This document shows positions 1 through 11,785 of a DNA stretch of 43,912 nucleotides, piece after piece. Within the stretch, counting starts at the first letter, position 1. The number at the start of each line of letters is the position of its first letter. The position numbers and the translations under genes are program-made. This DNA comes from Bacilli bacterium (GTDB lineage: Bacteria > Bacillota_I > Bacilli_A > RF39 > UBA660): the NCBI GenBank assembly GCA_036653735.1, contig JAVVTI010000004.1:1-43912 (forward strand), in the 5' to 3' direction. The notes under the pieces were generated by a model. The model was given only the letters and a program-made list of their open reading frames with translations, was not told the DNA's origin and did not search any database.

Positions 1-501
<501 letters not shown>

Positions 502-663
502 AAGGAGAAAGACTTTTAAACAAAGATACTTTTTAGAAAAAGCACTTTTTGCTAGTTTCTGTGATTAAATCAAAACTAGTAGTAACACTTAGTTACAAAA
601 CAATAAAATTATTTTACTTAGCTTTGAGAGATTATTTCTCTCATATGTTGTTATTAACAACGT

Positions 664-692
664 ATTGTTCTTTGAAAACTAGATAATGTAAT
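664..692 (+). promoter_or_regulatory. rrn spacer boxA-like element and 5' strand of the 23S processing stem
   Basis: TGTTCTTTGAAAACT boxA-like motif. ATTGTTCTTTGAAAACTAGATAATGTAAT is largely complementary to ATTACATTATCTTGTTTTGAGAGAATAAT at 3725-3753. No tRNA seen in the 16S-23S spacer. Confidence 0.8.
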
Positions 693-787
693 TGTATATA
701 ATTTTTTATATACGCGAGTAAAATTTTTGAGTAATCTTACTTTATTGTAAGATATTAAGAAACTAACTCATCAAATTAGGATTAAGT

Positions 788-3710
<2,923 letters not shown>

Positions 3711-3778
3711 AATTTTAATTTGATATTACATTATCTTGTTTTGAGAGAATAATTGTTGTATAATAACAATATATCTAA

Positions 3779-3882
3779 ATTGGTTGCGATAGCAAAGAGG
3801 GTACACCTGATCCCATCTCGAACTCAGAAGTTAAGCTCTTTTACGCCGACGATAGTGTAAGCGAAAATAGGAAGTTGCCAAT
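3779..3882 (+). rRNA. rrf: 5S rRNA, short (~104 nt) form
   Basis: TTGG...GCCAA closing helix, CCCATCTCGAAC and GAAGTTAAGC motifs, loop E region GATAGT...GAAAATAGG. Confidence 0.95.
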
Positions 3883-3900
3883 TTTTTTTTGATTTAAAAC

Positions 3901-3929
3901 TTGTATTTTAAATACATGTTTGATATAAT
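3901..3929 (+). promoter_or_regulatory. Sigma-A-type promoter for tRNA-His
   Basis: TTGTAT-17 bp-TATAAT with extended -10 TG, 10 bp upstream of the tRNA. Confidence 0.75.
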
Positions 3930-3939
3930 ACTAATACAT

Positions 3940-4016
3940 GGCGCTATTGGTGAAGTGGTTAACACGGCGGATTGTGGTTCCGTTATGCATCGGTTCGATC
4001 CCGATATGGCGCCCCA
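3940..4016 (+). tRNA. tRNA-His (GTG)
   Basis: Cloverleaf: acceptor GCGCTAT/ATGGCGC with G-1:C73, anticodon arm GCGGA-TTGTGGT-TCCGT, T arm ATCGG-TTCGATC-CCGAT, encoded CCA. Confidence 0.97.
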
Positions 4017-4043
4017 AAAGAAAAAAATCGAATAATTCGATAT

Positions 4044-4077
4044 AAAAAAACTTAATTATTAAAATTAAGTTTTTTTT
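4044..4077. terminator. Probable bidirectional intrinsic terminator
   Basis: AAAAAAACTTAATT-ATTAA-AATTAAGTTTTTTT inverted repeat between the convergent tRNA-His and 4095..6473. Confidence 0.65.
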
Positions 4078-4094
4078 ATATTTGTAAACTTTAA

Positions 4095-6473
4095 TTAACA
4101 GCAAGTACAGCCATTAATTTGACAATTAACTATATTTAATTTTTGTTTTAAAATAGATTCTAATGTATTTATTGAATCAAGCATATCTTGAACACTCTTA
4201 TTAATACATAATAATTCATCTTTTGTTATATTACCCATAGCAAGAGCAGCCTGAATTTTTAAACCTTCTGAGTTTGCAATAGCAGCAAGAGCAGCTTGCT
4301 CAAGAGCTACAGACTGTATTAAATCATTAATTTCTTGTTTATAATTATTTCTAAAAATTAAAGTATTAACTACATTACTAGTAGAACTTCCACTTTCACC
4401 ATTAGGGTTAAGAGGATTTAATGTATATTTAAATGCTGAACTAGCCTTATTAGCAATAGGATTAGGACTAGGCATTGATGTTACAGTAACTTTAAAAGAA
4501 ACTGTTACACTATTTCCAGGTAGGATAGGATTAGTTAAATTAATTCCAGTATCAGGAGTACCTGTACTAGGAACACTTACTGATAAAGAACCTGGTAAAT
4601 AAATAGTTCCATTATTAATTGCATCAGTTATAATAACACTATCTACTGGTACATTTCCTGTATTCTTAACCAATAAATTATATGTAATAACTTGATTTAG
4701 ATAAGATACATTATCACTAGCTGTTTTAGTAGTCTCTAAAGTAGCATTTACTATTTTAGTAGTTACTGTATTACTATTTCCAGAAGCCTTCTCTCCATTA
4801 GGATTAGAAGGATCAACTGTATAAGTATAATCAACCTTTCCAGTATTTTCTATAGGATTAATAGTAGGAACAGAAGTCACTTTAACCTTAAACGTAATAG
4901 TTGCAGTACTTCCAGCAGCAATAGGAGAAGTTAGTACGATAGATGAAGTAGGATCTCCAGTAAACGGTAAAGTAGAAGTAACAGAAGATGCAACATAACT
5001 AGTTCCAGCAGGAACGGTATCAGTTACAACTACATTATTAGCAGCAACATTACCTGAGTTATGTATATTAAGAGTATAAGTTAAAATATCTCCTAATTTA
5101 GCAAAAGTTTTATCAACAGTCTTAGAGAAATTTCCATTAGAAATTAAATCAGCACTATTAATTAATGTAGAAACTAAATTAGTATTCTTAATAGGTTGAC
5201 CTGGAATAGCAACCGATGCAACATTATTAACCTGAGTATTAGGCGTTGCAGTATTTACAAGAACCTGCCAAGAAATTGTAACATCACTATTAGGAGCAAC
5301 TGAAGTAAGAGTAATTCCAGTATTAGGATTAGTTCCTGTATACGGAGTACTTACTAATAGATTCCCAGCATATGTAGTACCAGCTGGTAAAGCATCAGTT
5401 ACAACAACATTATTAACCGCAAAATTATTAGGGTTATGTCCGGTTATTGTATAAGTTAATACATCTCCTGGCTTAGCATAAGCCTTATCAACAGTTTTAG
5501 TAAATGTTTCAGGAGCAGCATTAGTTATAGTATAAACAATATTATCTCCTAGAGCAGGAGTTATATTAAGAGGCAAACTTCCTGTTGCAGGAACCGTTCC
5601 TCCATTAGTTAAATTTACTGCAGAAACAGCAACAGTATATAGAGATAAAGGACTTACTGATCCAGGTGACATTGCTTCATTAATAGTATACGTATTTCCA
5701 GGTATACCATAAATAGTAGCAGACTGTGGCTGAATACCTACAGCACTACCAGTAGTAGATACCAAGTTACTAGGAGATCCTCCTATATTTAAATCAAATT
5801 GATCAGCACTATTAATTCTAGCACCAATATTCTTCTTAATAGTTACTCTAGTAGTTACGAAACCAAAAGCTACAGCCTCTCTTCCATAAGTTTCTAAAGT
5901 TAATTTAGTAGGATTACTTGTAGCTAAAACATAAGCTGCTTGACTACTTTGATTAGTTCCAGTAATTGTTACCAAGGGAGTTCCAACACCAGTTATAGTA
6001 GGAGGATTAGGTCCTATAGTAGTAACTAAACTCCATGGATTACCAGTAGTAGTAAAAGTTAAATGCTCTGTATACTGAGGAAAATTATTAGTACTTTCAG
6101 CATCAGCTACTACAGCATTAAAATTAGGTACAACATTTCCATTAACATCCTTTACTACAATATTATAAACTTCTATTGTACTATTAGCAGAGTAAGAAGG
6201 TAACAGCGGTGTAGTTAAAGCTACATTACCTACTATTCCAGTATATTGAAGACTTCCAAAAAACGAAAACGGACGTGGTACAGGACTAGCAACAAAAGGT
6301 ACGATTGATGAAGGTATAGATTTAATATCAAACGTAACAGTACTACCATCCTTTAAAGTACCAGTTTGGTTTGTTAATATTTGACCGGGTGTTAAAGTTA
6401 AACTACCAAAATCAAACCATCCAATTGAATCAGAACCAACACCAGTACCTGGGTTTGCATAGACAAATGACAT
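4095..6473 (-). CDS. Multidomain adhesin-like protein: CshA NR2-like N-terminal domain, SpaA/prealbumin-like domain, three DUF11 repeats, C-terminal A-ENA-like helical domain with Cys-rich tail
   Basis: YANPGTG..IGWFDF, VADAEST..E...TTTG.PW and GREAVAFG resemble CshA NR2. KNIGARINSADQF opens an Ig-like domain. Three K-T-(V/A)..(L/I)TY-T/N..N..V(V/I)(V/I)TD repeats. The last ~84 aa align with the upstream 92-aa protein. No signal peptide or TM helix. Confidence 0.75.
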   Translation of the reverse strand: MSFVYANPGTGVGSDSIGWFDFGSLTLTPGQILTNQTGTLKDGSTVTFDIKSIPSSIVPFVASPVPRPFSFFGSLQYTGIVGNVALTTPLLPSYSANSTIEVYNIVVKDVNGNVVPNFNAVVADAESTNNFPQYTEHLTFTTTGNPWSLVTTIGPNPPTITGVGTPLVTITGTNQSSQAAYVLATSNPTKLTLETYGREAVAFGFVTTRVTIKKNIGARINSADQFDLNIGGSPSNLVSTTGSAVGIQPQSATIYGIPGNTYTINEAMSPGSVSPLSLYTVAVSAVNLTNGGTVPATGSLPLNITPALGDNIVYTITNAAPETFTKTVDKAYAKPGDVLTYTITGHNPNNFAVNNVVVTDALPAGTTYAGNLLVSTPYTGTNPNTGITLTSVAPNSDVTISWQVLVNTATPNTQVNNVASVAIPGQPIKNTNLVSTLINSADLISNGNFSKTVDKTFAKLGDILTYTLNIHNSGNVAANNVVVTDTVPAGTSYVASSVTSTLPFTGDPTSSIVLTSPIAAGSTATITFKVKVTSVPTINPIENTGKVDYTYTVDPSNPNGEKASGNSNTVTTKIVNATLETTKTASDNVSYLNQVITYNLLVKNTGNVPVDSVIITDAINNGTIYLPGSLSVSVPSTGTPDTGINLTNPILPGNSVTVSFKVTVTSMPSPNPIANKASSAFKYTLNPLNPNGESGSSTSNVVNTLIFRNNYKQEINDLIQSVALEQAALAAIANSEGLKIQAALAMGNITKDELLCINKSVQDMLDSINTLESILKQKLNIVNCQINGCTCC

Positions 6474-6492
6474 ATATATTCTTCCTTTCTTT

Positions 6493-6771
6493 TTAATTTA
6501 TTTGACAAATAGTACTAGAAAATAAATTTAATTTATTCTTTAGACTCATTTCTAAACTAATTACAGTATCTACTGTATTTTTAACAGACTTGTTAGCTGC
6601 AATTAAATCAGCAGGCGTAATATTAGGCATATTAATAATACTATTAAGTTTTTCACTTTCAGCATTAAGAATATGAGAGATACCTGCTTCCTCATTAGCT
6701 ATTGATTCAATTATATTACCAACAGCATCACCTCTAGTTATAGTACCAGGCTTAATTATAGGCATACCCAT
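6493..6771 (-). CDS. Small helical protein resembling the A-ENA (alpha-helical endospore appendage) fibre subunit family
   Basis: MGMP N-terminus, ITRGDAV..IIESIANEEAGISHILNAESEKL and DLIAANKSV...LEMSLKNKL helices. Strong RBS (AAAGGGGG) upstream. Family recognised from memory. Confidence 0.7.
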   Translation of the reverse strand: MGMPIIKPGTITRGDAVGNIIESIANEEAGISHILNAESEKLNSIINMPNITPADLIAANKSVKNTVDTVISLEMSLKNKLNLFSSTICQIN

Positions 6772-6929
6772 ATATAAGTCCCCCTTTCATATAAATAAAA
6801 TTTAATAATAATATTTCTTTTATTCTCTATATACTATGAAAGATAATAATATATGAAAAGAACAAACATAACAAAATAGATAATATATAAAAACATATAA
6901 CTATGATATACTTATTTATAGAGGTAAAA

Positions 6930-8114
6930 ATGATATATGACTGTATAATTATAGGTTCAGGACCATCTGGTTTAATGGCCGCTATAGAAGCATCAAAAAA
7001 TAATAAAATACTAATAATAGAAAAAAACTCATCCCCAGGAGTAAAACTTCTTTTAACAGGCAATAAAAGATGTAACCTAACTAACTTAAAAAGTAATAAT
7101 GATTTTATCAATGAAATAACTCACAATAAAAAGTATCTTTATAGTACTATAAATAAATTTGGTCCTAAAGAAATATACGATTTCTTTATAAACAATAATG
7201 TTTTATTAAAAGAAGAAGAAGATAATAAAATATTCCCAGTAAGTAATAAATCAAGAGATATTTTAGATGCTCTACTTAATAACTTAAAAGGAGTTTCTAT
7301 TAACTACAATGAAACTCTTAATAATATAATTAATGAAAACATAAAAAAAGTAATAACTAATAAAAACATATATAAAACAAAGAATATAATTATAGCACTA
7401 GGAGGTTCTTCATACCCTTTAACTGGAAGTAATGGTGATAACCTAAGAATAGCAAAATTATTAAAACAACCAACTACTGATATTTATCCTTGTGAAACAA
7501 GTATTATACTAAAAGATAACCTCTCTTTAGCAGGTACTTCTATAGAAAAAGTTAATATAAAGTATAAAAAATATAGTTCAGCAGGTAATCTAATGTTTAC
7601 TCATAAAGGTATTAGTGGTAGTGCAATAATGAAACTAAGTGAATACATTTATTTAAACAATGAAAAAGAAATCATAGTTGATTTCTTACCCGACATTACA
7701 CCCGAAGAATTACTTATTAATATAAAAGAATATGATAATAATAAAAGCATAGCTTCTTACTTAAATCAATATTTTACAAAAAAATTTATACTATACTTAC
7801 TTCAAACAATAAATATAGATAGTCAAACCTTAATAAAAAGATTACCAAGTAAATACTTAGATAATATTATAAACACAATAAAACATAAAACCTTCATAGT
7901 AAAAAGTACTGAAGATATAAAGTATTCCTATATTACAGGAGGAGGAATAGATATGAAATATATAAATACCTCTACTATGGAATCATTAATAAACAAAGGA
8001 ATATATTTTGTAGGAGAATCATTAGATTTACATGGTCCACTTGGAGGATATAATATCACCATTGCTTTATCAACCGGTTACACAGCAGGTTCTAATATAA
8101 ATAAGAAACTATAA
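6930..8114 (+). CDS. HI0933/YhiN-family NAD(P)/FAD-dependent oxidoreductase
   Basis: IIGSGPSG Rossmann motif, TGNKRCNLTN, GGSSYP.TGSNG, FTHKGISG, GGYNI..ALSTG. RBS GAGG favours ATG 6930 over 6903. Confidence 0.92.
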   Translation: MIYDCIIIGSGPSGLMAAIEASKNNKILIIEKNSSPGVKLLLTGNKRCNLTNLKSNNDFINEITHNKKYLYSTINKFGPKEIYDFFINNNVLLKEEEDNKIFPVSNKSRDILDALLNNLKGVSINYNETLNNIINENIKKVITNKNIYKTKNIIIALGGSSYPLTGSNGDNLRIAKLLKQPTTDIYPCETSIILKDNLSLAGTSIEKVNIKYKKYSSAGNLMFTHKGISGSAIMKLSEYIYLNNEKEIIVDFLPDITPEELLINIKEYDNNKSIASYLNQYFTKKFILYLLQTINIDSQTLIKRLPSKYLDNIINTIKHKTFIVKSTEDIKYSYITGGGIDMKYINTSTMESLINKGIYFVGESLDLHGPLGGYNITIALSTGYTAGSNINKKL

Positions 8115-8570
8115 AATACTATGTGTTAATATACTACTATCAATTAACTTAATAATACTACTAGGTCTTATATCCATATTATTAAGATCCTCTTTATTAA
8201 CCCAAAAAATCTTAGTAGAATCTTTATCTAAACAACTAAAATTATTTTTACTAGCAAGATCTTCATCACTAGAAATATTTATTTTATATATCATAAGAAT
8301 TTCATGAAATTTACATTTTTTAGTATCAAAAAAGTTCTCACTAATATTAATAAGCTTACAATTACTTATATCTGCTTTATAACCAATTTCTTCTTTTACT
8401 TCTCTAATTACAGCATCTAAGGAAGTCTCTCCAAACTTAACCCTTCCACCTACTAAACTAAAATAGTTGTTATTATTACTTTGTTCTAATAATAATCTAT
8501 TATTATTTGTAATAATAGCACAAGCTCTATAATTAAAAGTATAGTTATTATTCATATAACTAATATCCAT
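8109..8570 (-). CDS. NUDIX hydrolase
   Basis: Nudix box GGRVKFGETSLDAVIREVKEEIG. RBS GAGGTG and an extended -10 (TGTTAAAAT) favour ATG 8570. Confidence 0.9.
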   Translation of the reverse strand: MDISYMNNNYTFNYRACAIITNNNRLLLEQSNNNNYFSLVGGRVKFGETSLDAVIREVKEEIGYKADISNCKLINISENFFDTKKCKFHEILMIYKINISSDEDLASKNNFSCLDKDSTKIFWVNKEDLNNMDIRPSSIIKLIDSSILTHSIL

Positions 8571-8678
8571 AAAGTAACTCACCTCTGTATATAATTTTAA
8601 CATATTAAATATTAATTACAAATACTTAAGTAAATTTTAATAAAATATAGTATAATTATATATAGTATTGAGGAGTAA

Positions 8679-9299
8679 ATGAATAAAAAAAACATATATA
8701 TAATTTTTTCTAGAACTAATAATAATATGGGAAGCTTTATTAGAAAAGTAACCAATAGCAAATATAATCATGTCTCTTTATCTCTAAATAAATCATTAGA
8801 AGAAATGTATTCTTTTGCAAGATATAATAAAGAAAACATACTATATGGAGGTTTTGTTATAGAATCTAATATAAGGTATCAAGATTCTCAAGTTCTAATA
8901 TTTAAAATACCTATTACTATAAAAGAATATAACAATTTATCATTACAAATTGAAACAATGAAAACAAATAAAAATAAATATATTTATAATTATTTCTCAG
9001 CTTTTTCATATTTGTTTTCAAAGAAAATAACAATATATAATTCATATACATGTGTAGAATTCATAATAAATATAATAAAAACTTATATAAAAGAAATTAA
9101 TATAAAACAATTCTACTCATTAAATGAACTAAGAAGCATATTAAAAAAATATACTATATTTGAAAACAATTTTAATGTATACAAAAAAATCTATAATAAT
9201 AAAGAAGATAACTACACACAATCGCACATAATATTTTATTATTATTACAAAATCATAATAAACTTTATAGCTCTATTATATAGATTAATATTCATCTAA
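8679..9299 (+). CDS. Hypothetical protein with permuted papain-like (NlpC/P60, YiiX/YebB-like) features
   Basis: N-terminal YNHVSL histidine, later Y.YN and YTCVEF cysteine (His before Cys order). RBS GAGGAG. Confidence 0.55.
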   Translation: MNKKNIYIIFSRTNNNMGSFIRKVTNSKYNHVSLSLNKSLEEMYSFARYNKENILYGGFVIESNIRYQDSQVLIFKIPITIKEYNNLSLQIETMKTNKNKYIYNYFSAFSYLFSKKITIYNSYTCVEFIINIIKTYIKEINIKQFYSLNELRSILKKYTIFENNFNVYKKIYNNKEDNYTQSHIIFYYYYKIIINFIALLYRLIFI

Positions 9300-9311
9300 G
9301 AGTGTACAATA
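9274..9311 (+). repeat. 38-bp direct repeat, copy 1
   Basis: TATTATATAGATTAATATTCATCTAAGAGTGTACAATA, identical to 9475-9512. Overlaps the stop codon of 8679..9299. Confidence 0.95.
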
Positions 9312-9333
9312 TAAAACATATATAAATTTATCT

Positions 9334-9439
9334 CTGGTTTTGCAGCGATAACCCACAACCCATTATACAAAAAGGCATCAAGCACTTTTTGATCCGTTGT
9401 GTAATATTAATTTTTAATATATTGAGCAGTAAAACTCAG
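9334..9439. ncRNA. Candidate structured non-coding element (rod with central bubble), family unidentified
   Basis: CTG-GTTTTGC pairs with GTAAAAC-T-CAG, ATTATACAA with TTGTGTAAT, GG(C)ATCAA with TTGATCC. GC-richer than flanks. Confidence 0.5.
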
Positions 9440-9474
9440 TATATAATCATACATAAACACATATAACATTTTAT

Positions 9475-9512
9475 TATTATATAGATTAATATTCATCTAA
9501 GAGTGTACAATA
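9475..9512 (+). repeat. 38-bp direct repeat, copy 2
   Basis: Identical to 9274-9311, offset 201 bp. Confidence 0.95.
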
Positions 9513-9581
9513 AAAAATAAATATATAAAAAAGTTTAAATTCATATAAAAATGTTATATAATAATAAATAAGAAGGTGTAT

Positions 9582-10298
9582 ATGAAAAAGATAATATTAC
9601 TATTTAGTTTTCTATTGATAATAACAGGTTGTAGTTCCAAAAAAGAATCCCTAGTAATGGTAACAGAAGCAGGCTTTGCTCCATATGAGTATTATGAAAA
9701 TAATAAAATTGTAGGAGTAGACGTAGAAATAGCAAAAGAAATAGCTCAAAAATTAAAACGAAAACTTGTTATAAAGGATGTAGCATTTGATTCAATAATC
9801 AATGAATTAAATGCAGGAAAAGCATCATTTGCAGCAGCTGGACTTTCAGTAACGGAAGAAAGAAAAGAAAAAGTAGACTTTTCAGTAGAATATTCAACAA
9901 GTAAGCAAGTAATTGTAATAAGAAAAGATAGCTTAATAAAAAGCTCTGAAGATTTAGAAAATAAAAAAATAACTTGCCAACTTGGAACAGTAGCTGACTT
10001 ATATCTAAGCGATCATTATAAAGAAGAAAATATTAGTAGACATAAGAAATTTCTTTCAGCAGCACAAGATATAAAAACTAAAAAGGCAGATGCATTAATA
10101 ATGGATTATTTTCCAGCTAAAGAACTAATAAAAGAAAATAAAGAATTAAAAATGCTAGATAAAGAACTTTTTAGTGATACATACGCTATTGCAGTTAAAA
10201 AGGGAAATAAAGAACTGTTAAAAACAATTAATGAAGTATTAGATGAACTTCTAGCAGCCAATAAAATAGATGAATATGTTATTAAACATACAAAATAA
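9582..10298 (+). CDS. Polar amino acid ABC transporter substrate-binding lipoprotein
   Basis: Lipobox IITGC, EAGFAPYEY, GVDVEIA, VDFS.EY motifs (SBP family 3). RBS AAGGTG favours ATG 9582. Confidence 0.92.
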   Translation: MKKIILLFSFLLIITGCSSKKESLVMVTEAGFAPYEYYENNKIVGVDVEIAKEIAQKLKRKLVIKDVAFDSIINELNAGKASFAAAGLSVTEERKEKVDFSVEYSTSKQVIVIRKDSLIKSSEDLENKKITCQLGTVADLYLSDHYKEENISRHKKFLSAAQDIKTKKADALIMDYFPAKELIKENKELKMLDKELFSDTYAIAVKKGNKELLKTINEVLDELLAANKIDEYVIKHTK

Positions 10299-10307
10299 GG
10301 AGAAATA

Positions 10308-11006
10308 GTGTTAGAAAATATATGGGAAAGTTTTTATCAAAGTGTTATATTTGATTCTAGATATATTTATATTCTAAAAGGATTAGGAAATACTATTATA
10401 ATGGCTTTATGTGCTGTAATAATAGGTGCTTTCTTAGGACTTATAATCGCAATAATAAGAAACAACTATAAAGTAAATAACAAATTAAAAATCCTTAATT
10501 ATATATCCTCATTATATGTTTCTATTATAAGAGGCACACCCGTAGTACTACAATTAATGATAATATACTATATTATATTTAAATCCTCTTCAGCTAATAT
10601 ATTAATATTTGGTATAATAGCCTTTGGACTTAATAGTGCCGCATACGTTTCAGAAATTATAAGAGCTGGGTTAGAATCCATAGATAAAGGACAAACTGAA
10701 GCAGGAAAAACCCTTGGTTTTAACTACTGGAAAATACTTATTTATATTCTATTACCTCAAGCATTTAAAAACATTCTTCCCGCACTAGGAAATGAATTTA
10801 TTACATTACTTAAAGAAACCGCAGTAGCGGGTTATATTGGAATAATGGATCTTACTAAGGCATCTGATATTATAGCCTCAAGAACATATGATTATTTATT
10901 TCCTCTACTCTTAACAGCACTTATGTACTGGGCTATGACTATGGGTCTTACTAAACTATTAAAAATAGTAGAAAGGAAACTAGATAATAATGCTCAAATT
11001 AAATAA
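10308..11006 (+). CDS. Polar amino acid ABC transporter permease (HisM/GlnP-like)
   Basis: IRGTP..QL, NSAAYVSEIIRAG, GQTEAG EAA loop, GNEFITLLKET. GTG start with RBS AGGAG. Confidence 0.93.
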   Translation: MLENIWESFYQSVIFDSRYIYILKGLGNTIIMALCAVIIGAFLGLIIAIIRNNYKVNNKLKILNYISSLYVSIIRGTPVVLQLMIIYYIIFKSSSANILIFGIIAFGLNSAAYVSEIIRAGLESIDKGQTEAGKTLGFNYWKILIYILLPQAFKNILPALGNEFITLLKETAVAGYIGIMDLTKASDIIASRTYDYLFPLLLTALMYWAMTMGLTKLLKIVERKLDNNAQIK

Positions 11007-11709
11007 TCTATATATGAAATACCATAAAAACTATGTATTAAAAGACATAGATTTAGAAGTTAATAAAAATGATGTACTTTTTATCATAGGACCTTCTGGA
11101 AGTGGTAAGTCTACATTACTAAAATGCATGAACCTACTAGTTAAACCTACTAAGTATCAAATAACATTTAATGATAAAAAGATTATTACAGAAAAAGATA
11201 TTAAATATTTAAGAAAAAAGATGGGAATGGTATTTCAAAGCTTTAACTTATTTCCACACCTAAGTGTACTAGATAATATTATACTAGGTCCAACAAAAGA
11301 ATTAAAACAAGATAAAGATAAATGTATAAAAGAAGCAAAGGAACTACTAACTAAAGTAGGACTGTTAAATAAAGCAAATGAGTATCCTGATAACTTAAGT
11401 GGAGGACAAAAACAGCGTATAGCAATAGCTCGTTGTTTAGCTATGAAACCAGATTTAATTCTATTTGATGAACCAACAAGTGCATTAGATCCTGAAATGA
11501 CAGAAGAAGTTCTAGAGATAATAAAAGACCTTGCAAAAGAAAACGTAACAATGGTTATAGTTAGCCATGAAATAGAACTAGCTAAAGAAATAGCAACTAA
11601 TATTATATTTGTAGATAAAGGTAAAATTGTAGAAAGAGGAACTCCAGATCAAATATTTAACCATCCTAAAGAAGACAGATTAAAGGAATTTATATCAAAT
11701 ATTAATTAA
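10990..11709 (+). CDS. Polar amino acid ABC transporter ATP-binding protein (GlnQ-like)
   Basis: GPSGSGKS, MVFQSFNLFPH, LSGGQKQR, LFDEPTSALDPE, VSHE. Confidence 0.95.
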   Translation: MLKLNNLYMKYHKNYVLKDIDLEVNKNDVLFIIGPSGSGKSTLLKCMNLLVKPTKYQITFNDKKIITEKDIKYLRKKMGMVFQSFNLFPHLSVLDNIILGPTKELKQDKDKCIKEAKELLTKVGLLNKANEYPDNLSGGQKQRIAIARCLAMKPDLILFDEPTSALDPEMTEEVLEIIKDLAKENVTMVIVSHEIELAKEIATNIIFVDKGKIVERGTPDQIFNHPKEDRLKEFISNIN

Positions 11710-11731
11710 AATATAAATATGATGATTTTTC

Positions 11732-11760
11732 TTGATATTTATAAAAAATACTGATATGAT
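11732..11760 (+). promoter_or_regulatory. Sigma-A-type promoter
   Basis: TTGATA-17 bp-TATGAT with extended TG, followed by RBS AAAGGAGG. Confidence 0.6.
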
Positions 11761-11785
11761 TATATAGTAAAGGAGGTAAGTAATT

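Noticed and set aside
502-787. tRNA-Ile or tRNA-Ala in the 16S-23S spacer
   Set aside because: No cloverleaf or T-loop motif, only AT-rich hairpins and processing stems.
3940-6900. Genomic island integrated at tRNA-His
   Set aside because: No integrase, no duplicated tRNA 3' end seen, and the fibre genes share the local strand-specific codon bias.
8594-8622. dif-like sequence (TTTTAACATAT-TAAATA-TTAATTACAAA)
   Set aside because: Poor XerC arm. Better explained as the extended -10 promoter of the NUDIX gene.
9296-9469. Small minus-strand peptide gene in the repeat-flanked insert
   Set aside because: The frame from the ATG is interrupted by TAA after 20 codons and there is no RBS.
9274-9512. 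CRISPR array from the 38-bp palindromic repeats
   Set aside because: Only two copies, a 163-bp interval far longer than a spacer, and no cas genes.
9312-9581. T-box or preQ1 riboswitch before the amino acid ABC operon
   Set aside because: No GGTGGNACCGCG T-box, no terminator before the gene, and the preQ1-I stem does not close.
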